From positions 120,900,001 through 120,964,000 of the forward strand of contig OX597814.1 of the NCBI GenBank assembly GCA_951406725.2: a DNA stretch of 64,000 nucleotides. Direction: 5' to 3'. The notes under the pieces are model-generated. The model was not told the DNA's origin and did no database searches. It worked only from the letters and a program-made list of their open reading frames with translations. Position 1 is the first letter of the stretch; every line of letters starts with the position of its first letter. The stretch comes from Octopus vulgaris. Taxonomy: Eukaryota. The position numbers and the translations under genes were made by a program. Below, one piece after another: positions 1-14,173 of this stretch.

Positions 1-42
1 AACTTATTGAATTTGTTTATCTCATAAATATAATGTTTCTTT

Positions 43-82
<40 letters not shown>

Positions 83-266
83 CTCATGTATAATCGATTA
101 AGCAGTAAGTAAAACAATAATTTGAATGAAAGCGTCTATAAATTTTGTTTTCTTTTCGCGAAATTAACAAACAATATTATTTCAAATAGACAAATTACAA
201 GAGTCATCCATCAAACTGAAGCACAATAATTAAACTCGATATTGCAATACTTGTAATATAAGCGCT

Positions 267-268
<2 letters not shown>

Positions 269-349
<81 letters not shown>

Positions 350-371
350 TATATATATATATATGTATATG

Positions 372-431
<60 letters not shown>

Positions 432-445
432 TATATACATATACA

Positions 446-477
<32 letters not shown>

Positions 478-584
478 CATATATATATACACATATATAT
501 ATATATATATATTGATATATATTTATATATATATATATATTTGTATATATATTGATTTATAAGTATGTATATACGTATATATAC

Positions 585-669
<85 letters not shown>
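269..669. repeat. Compound microsatellite (TA)n/(TG)n/(AG)n
   Basis: Directly visible dinucleotide runs; source of the IYIY/CVCV/RERE pseudo-ORFs. Confidence 0.95.
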
Positions 670-672
<3 letters not shown>

Positions 673-1410
673 GTATGTGTGTCTGTTGTCTGTGTGTCTG
701 TGTGCGATAGCTAACGTACTGAATATGGTAGCTTCCATCTTGCATAAAATTATAATTTTGAACCCCTCAACAAATTCTTTCGTATGTTGAAGAATATATA
801 TTTAATTGATTAAACTCGTCTCCAGATAATTCGCTAGGTAATCGATGCATTATTCATTGTAATATATTCTCTGTGACATAACAAGAAGAAAAATCTGAAA
901 GGCGGATACCATGATTAATATTTGAATAATCACTATTTTTGAGTAATAGATGTAGTCAGTTAAATTGGTTCGCTAATGAGTGTACCGATAGTAAAACAAC
1001 TAGATTCAAAATAAAATTATAAAAGAACGTATATTTTAAGAAGTGCAACTAATGAGAAAACATTGTATGTTTTCCTGATAATACGTTGTCGAGATATCAG
1101 CTTGAAAGACAGGAGTTTCACTATTTGCTTCAGTGTAGGAAATAGACGAGTTATAAATGTTATGAATAACATTTATTTTGTCATAATGTCCAGGATGGCA
1201 GTTTTAGTGTTAATGACAATGCCAGTGCTAGTCGGAATATTATCGCCAGTAACAATACAAACTACTAAAAGAAAAATGTTTGGACATTACGATAAACAAT
1301 TTGACGATATTCGATAATTGTATATTCCGCTGACAAACGGAATAGTTACTCTCTTCACTTATGTAACTAGCTTCTTTCAGATTCTAACGAAAATACAAAC
1401 AGACACACAC

Positions 1411-1508
<98 letters not shown>

Positions 1509-1577
1509 GGATATATACATATATGTGTGTGTTTGTGTGTGCAGAAATATTACAGAGGCATATAAATATAAATATAT

Positions 1578-1615
<38 letters not shown>

Positions 1616-2591
1616 CACACATTCACGCACACATACACATACACATACGCACAAATTCACGCACACACACACATTCACATACGCACAAAGAAACACACAC
1701 AAACACAGACATACATACACGCATACATATATATATATAATATAACTGGAAGTAAATATCGATGTAATATATATGTGTGTATGTGTTTATGGATGCATGT
1801 AGAAGTTTGCATGTTTACTTGTGAATACTTATGGACAGTTGCCCAAGTGTTTAAAAGTGTAAGTGAAATATAACATCTACGCATGGAACTGTACTTGTAT
1901 TATATGAATATGTATATATGTGTGCGTATACCTATTTACATACAAGTAGAATGCAGTAACGTTAGTCAATAGATATATATTCCAGTCTCTCCTAAAAACA
2001 AGGTGCTTGCTAATCATCTAGAAATGTTCCCATGTAAGTACTTCATTTACTTCCCTTAGGGAATATCTTTTCGAAACGTATGTAGATTTTCTGCTTTGTC
2101 TTCTACAAAAATTACAGTGAAAACCTCTCGTATTGTCTCAGAGTCCATCATTTTTAGAGCAATAACTGCCGTCATATTCGCAAACCACTGTAAATAAATT
2201 ATTAAGAAGTGAAATCCACATATATATTGTTGCTACATGTTTTTGCTTATAAGCATTCTGAGGTGTTGCATTTACATCCAATAAAATACTTAAATAGGAG
2301 ACAGACATAAACGCTTGAATAATCTATTAGCTTAGTGACATTATTTTTCTAAAATTCGCCACGCATCATCCATCATAGTTTCTTTCAAACGGCATTGCTG
2401 ATCAACTACTGACACAGAGTCTTTTATCTAGTCAAATGCAAAGCACTGCAACTTTAACAATGCGTTTCAGTGCATGTTAAATAAGTTCCAGTGTTGTTGT
2501 TATTCATATATTTTTCTCTGATTCTTAGGCATATTTATCTCAAATTGATTGCAATAACTACAGACATTTATAGAACATCACAAGCAATAGA

Positions 2592-2985
2592 GACATTGTA
2601 AAGTATATTTGCAACATAAATGTGGCTAACCACTAAGTGTGGATGTTACTGTAGCTTGTAGCCCCAGGAGAACATCTTCTCCAACTGGCTATTGACACAC
2701 TTTCTTTGCCCTATCAGTATTTGCAAAGGGAAGCCACACTTCCCATCGTCGACCTGACGTGATACCCACGGACCCGGGTTTCTGGGTAGTTACTCGTCCT
2801 CAGCGCACGACAATCACCGGTCTTCAATGTGAAGGGTTCCCAATGCAAATACATATATCCTTTTTCCAGTGAAAATTGTGTGTCAATAGCCAGCTGGAGA
2901 ATATATTCTCCTGGGGCTACAAGCTACAGTATCATCCACCCTTAGTGTTTAGCCACATTTAAGTGGCAATATACTTCACATTGTC
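2592..2985. mobile_element. Non-autonomous TIR (MITE/fold-back-like) element with ~110-bp inverted repeats
   Basis: 2592-2704 (aaatgtggctaaccactaag...tactgtagcttgtagccccaggagaa...tctccaactggctattgacacac) is the near reverse complement of 2871-2985. A diverged relative of the interior lies at ~35112-35370. Confidence 0.8.
2767..2807 (-). ncRNA. Degenerate minimal hammerhead ribozyme motif inside the TIR element
   Basis: Minus strand reads tgcg CTGAGGA cgagt aact accca GAAA cccggg TC cgtg. Stem II has mismatches here but is perfect (tgggt/accca) in the relative at 35264-35306. Confidence 0.55.
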
Positions 2986-4009
2986 GTGCAGCCACTGTTA
3001 ATACTTCGTTCAGAGATTTATTATTGAAATAGAGATATTCTTTATAAAAATTATTGGTTTTCAATGTATGTAGCGACTCTAGAAATAACATTATAATGTG
3101 TCAGAAATGGACCCCGTATATTTACAGCAAAAACAAACAGAAGAGAAAATCTGGAGCTAATATTGAAGTGTTTAACCTGCCTTGCTTCAAGCATGATAAC
3201 AAAAATCAATATCCAAAAATCCAAAGGTATTTCTTCGTCACGATAAATCACGAAAAAGATCTAAAGAACATGCCTGGTGTATAGCTACAAGCAATTTACT
3301 GGAACCTACTTTCAGCATTTAACTGTGAACAAGTATTTTGGCCAATTTCCATGCTTATGCCAGCTAAAACGATATTAATTCAAGTGGTTTCATAGCTGTG
3401 TAAGATATTTCAAGTGTATATAAGATTGGCAACAAAGAAGATATGGATTGAATTTATCCTTCTTGCTTTTGTAGACTCCAGTTTAAAACCAGTGGATTTT
3501 TGTATGAGGAATGGCAACTCTTGATTTGATGCCAAAATAAATAAAAGTACAGGCAGAGCGTCTCATTGAACATTCATCTAGAAACATTAACTTCAAGACA
3601 ATCCTTGTGTTATCATTTATAAAGTGAGGATTGTTGACTTGGGCTGTGTAAGCCTTTAAGTAGCTGAAAGCGTGTACCTATGCCAAACATAGCCTTTGCG
3701 GTAATGTATGTGAATAGTAATGTCAAATGCCTTCTCATAATGACGTCATCTTGTCAAATATTTATTAGTGTTTTTACTTTACTTCTAACATCACATAATT
3801 GCCTATAAAAAGATATTTTGGAAATCTCACACTCCCTACGATTATCCTTTCACACATTAGTCAATATACTTTTCGACATGTTCCCGGACATAAGTCTTTC
3901 TATATATTTGTTTGTCCTATAGCATACCACCTACTGATGTCAATTTCGTATTTTTTTTAAACTTTAAATATACGTGTATCTCTTATAGTCTGTGAATATA
4001 CGTAAAAAA

Positions 4010-4312
4010 CGTTGCCCTTTTCAAGCCTAGCCAGGCTAATGGGCCCGGTTACCCGGTTTCTGTGGCGTATGTGTCCCTCCCAGCTGGACGGGACGCCAGT
4101 CCATAGCAGCGTTACTCAAGAAACAAGAAGAGAGATTGAGAGAAAGTCGTGGCGAAAGAATACAGCAGGGTTTGGGTCCACCCTCTGTCGGAGCCTTGTG
4201 GAGCTTTCAGGTGTTTTCGGTCAATAAACACACAACACTCCGTCTGGGAATCGAACCGCGATTCTCCGACCGCGAGTCCGCTGCCTTAACCACTGGGCCA
4301 TTGCACCTCCAC
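4010..4312 (-). mobile_element. tRNA-derived SINE, family B (V-domain-like 3' part)
   Basis: Minus strand starts with Pol III A box tggcccagtgg and B box ggttcgattcc. Its body contains gctatggactggcgtcccgtccag, resembling the V-SINE central domain. The head is shared with 4949-5360 and 22329-22590. Confidence 0.8.
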
Positions 4313-4948
4313 ATATTATGTCAATATACATACTAATTTCGAAATCCTAAAGCTCTCGTCTTGACTCATTATTTCCGATTTTCCCTAGATATGTGACAAA
4401 AATAACCACTTCGTGAACGTTCTATAGTTTACTTATTGATATTACTAGTGTGTCATTTCTAATAGTATTCTAATTGTATTCAGTTGGTTGAAATCGATAT
4501 TTACATTGACATATTATACCAAAATTAATCATGTTCTTTCAATGAATAATATTTACAAAATGATATTATCTTTCAATCTGCGTTTTGCACCTTCTAATTT
4601 AGATGTAAATTATGTTTTTCATTATTGTTTAAAAGAGAAATGAAGCTTCTTTCATTTTCCTGTTGTTGTTTTTTTAACATGGTTTATCGACATAAGATCC
4701 TTGAATCCAGATTTTAATATTATGTTCATGTATTTCTTCGGAATGTAAAGTGTAGAGTCTCTATTGGCAGTTTTCTATTTTCATGAAATGTGATCATATA
4801 ATACAATACAAATCGTCTTACGGAATCTTATTAAAGTACAATGATATCTTCAGGTTATAGATCTTTTGCTAATCAAATTTCGTGATTTACAGTACACAAG
4901 TTGCGTAACATATGAACTCCAGGTTTCTATACAATTTATTTTTATTAT

Positions 4949-5360
4949 GTGTGGGTGCAATGGCCTAGTGGTTAGGGCAGGGCACTCGCGGTCGTAGGAT
5001 CGTGGTTTCGATTCCCAGAACGGGAGTTGTGAGTGTTTTGAGCGAAAACAATTAATGCTCTACGAGGTTCCGGCAGTGGGTGGTGGCGAACCCTGCTGTA
5101 TTCTTTTACCACAATTTTCTCACACTCTTTTACTTCTTTCCGTTGTACCAGTATTTCAAAGAGGCAATTTTTCCCACTCTGTCTCACACTGAAAGGTCAG
5201 CCTTGTCACACTCTGTGTTACGATGAATCTCCCCCGAGAAGTACGTTAAGGCTACACTTGTCTGTGGAGTGCTCAGCCACTTGCATGTTAATTTCATGAG
5301 CAGGCTTTTCCGTAAATCGGATCAATTGGAACCCTTGTCCTCGTAACCGACGGAGTGCGA
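4949..5360 (+). mobile_element. tRNA-derived SINE, same head as family B but different tail
   Basis: tggcctagtggttagg...ggtttcgattcc A/B boxes. About 190 nt align with 4010-4312, then an unrelated 3' part follows. Confidence 0.78.
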
Positions 5361-6478
5361 GGATTTTTAATGTGAAAACAGTAATATACAGAAACAATTG
5401 GTCACTCCGATATTTTTGTATTACTTCTGGTGATATCAGTAATGCTTTTTGTTTTATAGTTTTAAATACTTTATGAAACCGATGAATTGTATATATGCAG
5501 TCTCGAGTAGTTGGAAACGTTTGCCACAAACTGCAAATAAAATAGCTTACCATATTTTTTTTTGAAGTTGTATATTATCAAAAGGCACCTCTATAATATT
5601 GATTATACACAGAGGTGTATGTGTTCTGCAGGAAAGTATGAATAATGGCGATTTAATCGTAGGTTATATATGTTTGCATTTGCGTACAGAGGCTTATCGT
5701 TATTGTATATATTTTTCATATATAACTCTAGATACATTATCTTTTCTGTGAACATTAAATTCTGACTGGAGGAATATCTATTCGAGATTCTAAGCTTATA
5801 TAAAATTAATATCACTAAATCTATCGAATTGGTATAGAACCCGGTAGGAATAAGAATATTTTCTTGTATCACAAACCTGCATTTATTTTACAGACTTAAT
5901 ATTTCCTCTTCTAAAGTTTTACTGCCTTTCTGCTTTTACATCAGATACCTGCATATAATGTGGATGTACATCAGCCTACGACTATAATTCACTGCTGCCT
6001 CGCAAGCTTTATATTACCCACGGCAAATCATTTTACCGCTCTACCGCTCGAAATTTCATTTACACCTATATAACTACATTTATTGGAACTAAACGTGTAA
6101 TATATGACTAGCTACTGCCGTGCCGAGTTTGCAAATATATGAAATGTCTTCTCTGCTCTGACTAACATGGAAGAATGTGTGTCAGTTTTTTTCTCTGTCT
6201 CATAGGTGTCCATATTTTTCGAGCGTGAGTATCCCTTCAGATTCCTGTATATTGGCGTCAAATGAACCTATATTATTTCCCAGCGAAGTTATATGGAGAA
6301 ATTCAGCAACGGATGTTAAGTGTTTCAGATTATAGAATTTCACAAGGTTCCTCTTTGCTAATGACTTATGAATGAATGCCCACATTGCTTTTCAGTCGTA
6401 TTCCACCAGGGGTAAGTGGATAAGAGGTTGTTATGACATTATCTGACCCCAGCAAATAGAGAATGATATACAGCATTA

Positions 6479-6886
6479 TACTCTTTTACAATCTTTTACT
6501 CTTTTACTTGTTTCAGTCATGCTGGAGCACCACCTTTTGTCGAGCAAATCGACCCCTGGACTTATTGTTTGTAGGTCTAGTACTTATTCTATCGGTCTCT
6601 TTTGCCGAACCGCTAGGTTACGGGGACGTAAACACACCAGCATCGGTTGTTAGGCGATGTTGGTTGGACAAACACGGACACGCAAACATCCATACACACA
6701 CATATATATATATACACATATATACGACGGGCTTCTTTCAGTTTCCGTCTACCAAGTCCAATCACAAGGCTTTGGTCGGCCCGAGGCTATAGTAGAAAAC
6801 ACGGTGCCAAGGTGCCACACAGTGGGACTGAGCCCGGAACGATGTGGTTGGTAAGCAAGCTACTTACCACACAACCACTCCTACGC
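6479..6886 (-). mobile_element. tRNA-derived SINE, family A (CORE-like segment, internal (TA)/(TG) tract, (GAGTAAAA)-type tail)
   Basis: Reverse complement of the 9601-10000 family; A/B-box-like head and tandem tail. Confidence 0.85.
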
Positions 6887-9600
6887 TTACTGAAACATTT
6901 TACTATATATATTTTATATTTCAAGCATACATGTGTTAGATATATGTTATCATTTGTTATACATACGTCAGTCACATATTTGTTGAATATATCACGGCCA
7001 AAAAAATGTCAAATTTCTCGATGCTGAAACTTTAACATAAATTGAGTCTTTCTAACATGCTCCTTACAGCGAATTCCTTCCTACATTCATTTTTAGTATT
7101 TTCCCTCCCTTTATTCTCAATTGATTTATTTCCTTTTGTGAGCGATATCTTACTCCAATCAAGCAGCGACGCACACACTGCGATAAGAGCCATTTCTGAG
7201 AACGATGACAACCACGTGAAGAATAGTCATTATCAAAATAGCTCTTCAGAGCATACCTTACATAATGAATTGCTTTGCGTAAATTATTCAATTAAACGTG
7301 TAACATCCGGAATATTCCTTTGCGCGTTCTTATAAACTACGGCAGTGAAAGAATTTCAATCAGTATAAAATGCATAACTTGCTGTTAATTCATGAGCCCT
7401 CATCATAAATACATAACTTTCAGGTAGGTTGATATATTTCACGAAACAGTTAATGTCATAATGAATTATTTTGCATTCGAGATTTCTATAATTTTTTGAT
7501 AAATACTTTACTTCATGATACTTATTTTGCGAACGTTCCATATCTAAATAAATGCAACATATATTAATAAATATTGATTCTTTTGTTAATGTTTTCACCG
7601 AATTTGTATATGTCATGTACTATCCCGAAATGAAATAAAAATAGAATTTGCAGTAAAACTAGAATATCATATTTATGAGCAAAATAGCTTTCAAAATTAA
7701 CGAACTTATTACCGAATAATTTTGTGAGGTATAACGGCTGCGTTTTTCTGTGGTTAAACGTGCCAAAGTTTTTTCTATAAATAAGAATGTAAAATGCACA
7801 TATCTGTTTACTCAAAGGCTTAAGTGATTCAGTCATATTTCTCTAAAATTATCCGTTTCCGTCATAAGAAAGGAATATATTAATACTTACATCATACTCG
7901 TAGAAATGTTCTTTTGGGATACACAACATATTTATGAATGCAGAATTCTATGCATTTCATTTAAATATGTTTTGTTATACATATATAACAAATGTCTGGA
8001 ATTTTATTTAGATTTCACTTTTATAACCTGTGAGGAAGACTTTTGTATTCGTTCACCTTCTGGGCGTTAACTTAGTCAACTTTCCTCGATTTCTGAAAGG
8101 GTAAGAGAAAGCTTGTGCAGAGAAACAGGAATCTATCTGCCTCATTTTGTAAGTAAGCTCTAACGGTAAGTGCAAACGGTGATACTGAAAATGGCCATCT
8201 ACTATAGTTTCATAATATTTTTATATATAAGTTATTTCATATTACTAGACGTCATATAAAATAATCGTAATACCATATTTAACTTATTTTATTGAAGATT
8301 TGCATACTCACTAAATAAGTTAACTTTCAGAAAACAAAATATTTAATCTCTTTTTATATAATCAAATAAATTTGATACAAAATTCTACTTCGTAAATTTC
8401 GGCCATCTTTCCCATATAAAACACAAAGCATTGACTGCTCAGAGCACACTAGATTTTGTTATACATCAATAAAATTATTTCATATATTGTGTCTCTACTG
8501 AGATGAAACGATAAGTTACTCACTCATTCAATAACAATGCGTTGTATTGACAGTGCTCTGTATTTTCCTCTTCTGAAATTTTGTTTTCAAAGTGAAAAAC
8601 TACAACATAAAACAGCAGCTTCTGAAAGCTTGTTCTTCTTGGAATCATTGTTATGGCCACTATAATTAGATAAATAAAAATTAAGAAGATTTTATTGAGA
8701 TTAGCTGTGTAGTGTCTGGCATCGCTTTGAATAATCAAACTAAGGTAAGACTTGAACAGAGTTGATCACAAAGACTAAAGATTTTTTGTCTTTGTACATA
8801 GTTTTTGTACATATAGTGTTATATTTTGATGCCAGGAAGAATATTGTACGTTTTATTCTTAACTTAACTATATCCATTTACTATTGGCTGGGTGTTTTGT
8901 TAGTAGTCTTACGGTAACTGAGTAAAATATTTGTTAGCATTCATGTTGCAACACGTTTCGTGCTAAATGGTGTAAAAGAGGAATACTAGAAAAAGCTTAA
9001 TTATAATTAGAGACGTTTCAGAAATTACATTATTTCACGAACCTCAGTGAGAAAATAAAAATCTAGTTGCAATGCTTGTTTGTGAAAGGCTATGCTGATT
9101 GTCAAAGAAGATTTGCTATCAGGGGAAGACGGGAAAACTTGAGAGAAATAGCATATTTGAAACATCATTTCTATGATTTTCTCAATAAATGGTGATTTTA
9201 TACTGATTCTTTCCAGTGCATTTGCTAATTTGTGGTTATTTTCCTATTCCTCCGTGGTACACAATTTCAAGTATTCCTGGATGCTTGCATATTGAATATT
9301 TTTTTTCAATATTTGATTATTTTGTTTAACTTCTATATAGAATGCTGTCTTGGGGTTAGTATCGTCTTCGAAATAATACGATAGAAATAATTATAAATGA
9401 CTGAATGTTGGATGATAATGGAGATATAATTAGCTGTAATGATAGTTGCCAACGATGAGGAAATTTTGAATTTTTTAACTGCGAGAAATGTGACTCAACT
9501 GGGCATCGAATGCATTCCTAGCCTCATACCTCTCCAAAATGCTATTTATTCATGTATGGAATCCCTTATGAAAGCAAAGTTTTGAAAAATGTTACAGATT

Positions 9601-10000
9601 GCAGGAGTGGCTGTGTGGTAAGTAGTTTGCTTACCAACCACATCGTTCTGGGCTCAGTCACACTGCGTGGCACTTTGGGCAAGTGTCTTCTACTATAGCC
9701 TCGGGACGACCATAGCCTTGTGACTGGATTTGGGAAACGGAAACTGAAAGAAGCCTGTCGTGCATATGTATATATATATGTGTGTGTTTGTGTGTCTGTG
9801 TTTGCCTCCCCTTCCCCAAATCGCTTGACAACCGATGCTGGTGTGTTCATGTCCCCTAACTTAGCGGTTCGGCAAAGAGATCGATAGAATAAGTACTAGG
9901 CTTACAAAGAATAAGTCCTGGGGTCGTTTGCTCGACTAAAGGCGGTGCTCCAGCACGGCCTCAGTCAAATTAGTGAAACAAGTAAAAGAGAGTAAGAGTA
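9601..10000 (+). mobile_element. tRNA-derived SINE, family A, full length
   Basis: gcaggagtggctgtgtggtaag...ggctcagtc...gtggcactttgggcaagtgtctt (CORE-like)...gaaacaagtaaaagagagtaagag; many copies in the window. Confidence 0.85.
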
Positions 10001-10647
10001 TTGCGATTATAATTTTTTCTAAAGATAAAGACAGGTAGAAATATATAGTTCTAATTGTAAGGATGTTGCTGTACCACCCTTAATCGTCACTTTTCTCGTA
10101 TTAACCATTAAGATACTTCAAACAATTTCTAATTTTCACTTTCACCTCAGTCACTTGACTCCACTTGTCTCTCTCCTGTATAGTGCATTTAACTAACTAT
10201 ATTCCCTCTTATCAGTCTTAGTTTCCACAAACGATTTGCTATGCATCATTGTTATTTTATTACGTTACCGCTCTAATTAGCCTTTTCCATTAAGACACTC
10301 TATCTGAGAAACACATTCCCTTCATTATTTTATGAGTTGCTCGTGGTTGACATCTTATTAATTGTTTTCTATATCTACATAAAATTCAATGCCTATTCGC
10401 TTGGTCTTCTGTCTTACGAATACACTGATTCATGGCTATTTCTCACTATCTAGCAGACAGTATCACAACAATCGCATTCATTGAATCTAAATTTCTTAAT
10501 TATGTTAATCCCTCGCCATATCGCCGTTCACCTATCACAGTTTATTATTTCAGCTTACGTCGAATCCTCCGTAGTGTTGTTTTCCATTTATAATGAAATA
10601 AATATTTACAAACTATTAAAAACAATAATAATAAATATATTATTATA

Positions 10648-10929
10648 GGCGCAGGAGTGGCTGTGTAGTAAGTAACTTGCGTGGCAATTTGGGCAAGTGT
10701 CTTCTGCTATAGCCTCGGGCCGACCTAAGCCTTGTGAGTGGATTTGATAGACGGAAACTGAAAGAAGCCCGTCGTATATATGTGTATATATATATATATG
10801 TGTGTGTGTGCGTGTGTGTGTGTATGTGTGTATGTGTGTGTATGTGTGTGTATGTGTGTATGTGTGTGTCTGTGTTTGTCCCCCATCATCGCTTGACAAC
10901 CGATGATGGTGTGTTTACGTGCCCGTAAC
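10648..10929 (+). mobile_element. SINE family A, internally deleted and 3'-truncated
   Basis: Aligns to 9601-9860 with a deletion removing the B-box region. Confidence 0.8.
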
Positions 10930-12060
10930 GAAACACACCAGTGATTGTCGAGAGGTTTCTGTATGCTTACTTTCTTTCCCTGTCTTCCATTATCTCTCTT
11001 TTCCTACTTTCCCACACACAACAACTGCAGTTTTCTTTCGTATTCCTAAATCATTGCAAAAAGAAAATAGAATCCAGCAAAAGGAAATTTCGCCATAGGT
11101 GTTTGTATATTTATATCACGCCACATTTCAATTCAGCTTTCGTATTTTTGTAAGCTCATTTTTGAGAAATTTATTTCTCGACATGCGAAATAATAAAAAA
11201 AATCCCTTCAGCTATATAACAGAGATAACTTAGCTAGGTTTTGGGAAATATACGCCCAGGCCATGTCTGACTTAATAGCACCATGTGGTGTAGTCATTTA
11301 GATTGTGATTCATTCCTTCGTCAAATAAGGAGCGCTATGGCCCACTCTAGTTAAAACTTATAATTGTTCGAGACATATCCGGGTGTAGGAGGTTGGTTCA
11401 AAATCTTTTGGACAAATTAGTCCAGAGAACTTTTGAATTTTATGGGATCTGTCTCCGTTTTGATGTATTTTGATATAATATTAAAGCGAGCTGGACCGGT
11501 TGAGGTATAGTCGTTGTGTCGTAATGTCGTTATGTGTCTTGGGTTCGACTTTTCTAGTGGGTGGATAGCACGGGGACCTATTCTTGGGTGGATTTTAAAA
11601 TTCATGCCAACATAACTTGTGCAATATTGATGCAATATTGTCCACATCACACAAATGATTTAGCGCTCACGGTGGCATTGAAGAGAGTAGAAATTGAGGT
11701 TTTATAGTCAACCCCAGCTGTCAATGGCTATCATGCCGTATATCTATCTTGTTATTCACCTATGGATTATAAATTAAGCGTTTGAATGATGAACCAATTC
11801 ATTTATTAATTTATAGTGTTCTGATGAGTAACGAGCAAAAGCATATTACAATTTTGAGTAAATGTTTCCTGGGAAGTGAATGTATTACTCTTTGTCAACT
11901 TATGCCACAATGCATAGAAACATACTTATGCATATACATATATCCATGCATACACTCATAAATACCTGCACGTAGACAGATGAATGCATACATGCATTCA
12001 TAAATATGTATGCATATATGTATATACATTTGTATATAGAGAGTTAAATAGACAAGAAAG

Positions 12061-12099
12061 CAGATAGATAGATAGATATATAGATAGGTAGATCGATCA

Positions 12100-12169
<70 letters not shown>

Positions 12170-12202
12170 CGATCGCTAGATAGATAGATAGATTGATAGA
12201 TT

Positions 12203-12252
<50 letters not shown>

Positions 12253-12256
12253 CAGA
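12061..12256. repeat. (GATA)n tetranucleotide microsatellite
   Basis: Directly visible. Confidence 0.95.
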
Positions 12257-13039
12257 CACACAGAAACACTCGTTTACTGTTATTTGTTATTATTTGTTTA
12301 TAAGTTATCAAATAAATGTTGCTTAATATAATCAAAATGTTTGTATGGAGCTAGCCAACAAAGATCTTTATTTCCAGGACATCTATGTCCTAGAATAACA
12401 TAAATTGATTGCAAAATATTGTTACCACTCCCGAATGTATTACATTATGTTGTGACTATTTAACTAACGTATTTACGAAGAGTAAGACCTCTTCATTTCT
12501 ACAGAATCTATGTTGAGAAAGATGATGCCCACGTTGTACTAGGAATGATATTTATTTTAATAGAGTACGTTTATTGAGGAAATTACCGAGAACAACCACT
12601 CTTCGACAGACAAATACTTAATACTATAATGCAGATTGAGAAATATTACAAAATTGCGAAACTGTGGATTCGTCATTTCAAAAAGAATGAATTATCCACA
12701 AGAGACACCGATAAAACTTAATGAATCTTTAGGAGATGGCAAATTTAATTGTAAAAGAGCCAATATTCACTTCGCTTAGTATCAAACGAAGATTTAGTAA
12801 TCTTTTTAAACTTGACTAAAATGTTGAGAGGTCAGAGCTAACATACTCTGTCGCATAAGCCAACAAATTTTTTATTAATTAAAATTACACCTGTATTGTG
12901 AATAAAATGTCATTAGCTTAATGATCAATTCTCATGAATAACAGGGGAGGAAACCTTAAAATATTATCAATTACAATTAATTTAATTTTTTTTTTTTTGC
13001 AGTAGTGGAAATACTGAGTTAGTGGAAATATTATCACTT

Positions 13040-13190
13040 CGGACAAAATGCTTAGCGGGACTGCTTTCGAATCTTTACGTTCTTAATTCAAATCACGCTG
13101 TGGCCACCTCTGCTTTCCATCCCTTGAGGGTCAATAAGAAAGTTCCAATCAGGTATTGGGGTTGATGAAATCCACTAGACCTTCACCCTC
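13040..13190 (+). mobile_element. Degenerate SINE-like repeat (third family)
   Basis: aaaatgcttagcgg...ttacgttcttaattcaaatc...ctttccatccctt.gggtcaataa...tggggttgatg resembles a common cephalopod SINE; B-box-like ttcaaatc. Recognition from memory only. Confidence 0.5.
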
Positions 13191-14125
13191 ATTGCGTGCC
13201 GAAAACCATGTAACCGGCCAAATATTTCTCAAGTCTCGGAAAAAATGAAATATTGCGGAAAATTAGTCTGACCAAGGAGACGGATTTTTTTGTTATATAA
13301 CGAATATACAAGGAATATACAATACGCTGTGCACATAATGAATACCAAATGATCTTAATTCGTATGGCATTCACGCCTGAAACACGAAACTGAAAACGAA
13401 CTAACAAAAATATTTATATGTAATTTATGCCTATGTTAGAAATAGCAGCGAACACTACAACTTATAACATCCTACGTCTCAGAAGTGGTGAAACGCTTTA
13501 AGGTGATTTTCATATCTATAAAATTCATACAAATATCATAAAGAGGGTATGTGATAACAAGCATGAGCTATCTTTAGTTGGATTCGACGTTAACTAAAAA
13601 AGTAACTAAAATTACTAGAAAACGAAATTTCTGAATATCGTACTTGACGCCGAGATATATAAAACAAATCCGAGATAGCACATATTGACTATCTCCAAGA
13701 CAAAAATGCTAGAAGCAATTGAATATTTCATATATATCGTGAGTACAAAGCTGTGGCATGCAATTATACGGTTGGAATGAACACAGACGCTATAAACAAG
13801 CACTGTTTCCTTTTCTTCTTTCTCCTAGCATATTTTCTTGCTTCTTTCTTTGTTTTGCTGAAGCCTTCACCTGAAAGAGCCTATGTCTTTTCCTTTTCCT
13901 TTTTACCGCGCATAATTCATTGTGCGTTGTGTATTACGATACAGTGTGTGTGTATGTGGGTGTGTTTAAACCTGATTCACAATTTCTTGAATACTTGCCT
14001 CCCTTGTGCAACATTTCCCTTTGTCCAGCTGTACCCTGTCTTATTCCATTCTTTGCACATTTGCTAAAGTATATACATACATATGTGTGTGTGCGCGCGC
14101 GAAGTTGTATATATATATGTGTATA

Positions 14126-14162
<37 letters not shown>

Positions 14163-14173
14163 TTATATATATA

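Noticed and set aside
204-1884. Many IYIY/CVCV/HTHT ORFs here and throughout the window (e.g. 23401-24012, 29666-30286)
   Set aside because: Translations of dinucleotide microsatellites that lack stop codons; no coding signal.
4240-4310. tRNA gene
   Set aside because: A/B boxes are present, but the sequence continues into a multi-copy SINE body and no full cloverleaf is evident.
11330-11700. Possible very old GIY-YIG fragment (TSYVG) on the minus strand
   Set aside because: Only a few motif residues match; too degraded to call.
11821-11850. CTGATGA hammerhead-like core
   Set aside because: No stem II followed by GAAA could be formed.
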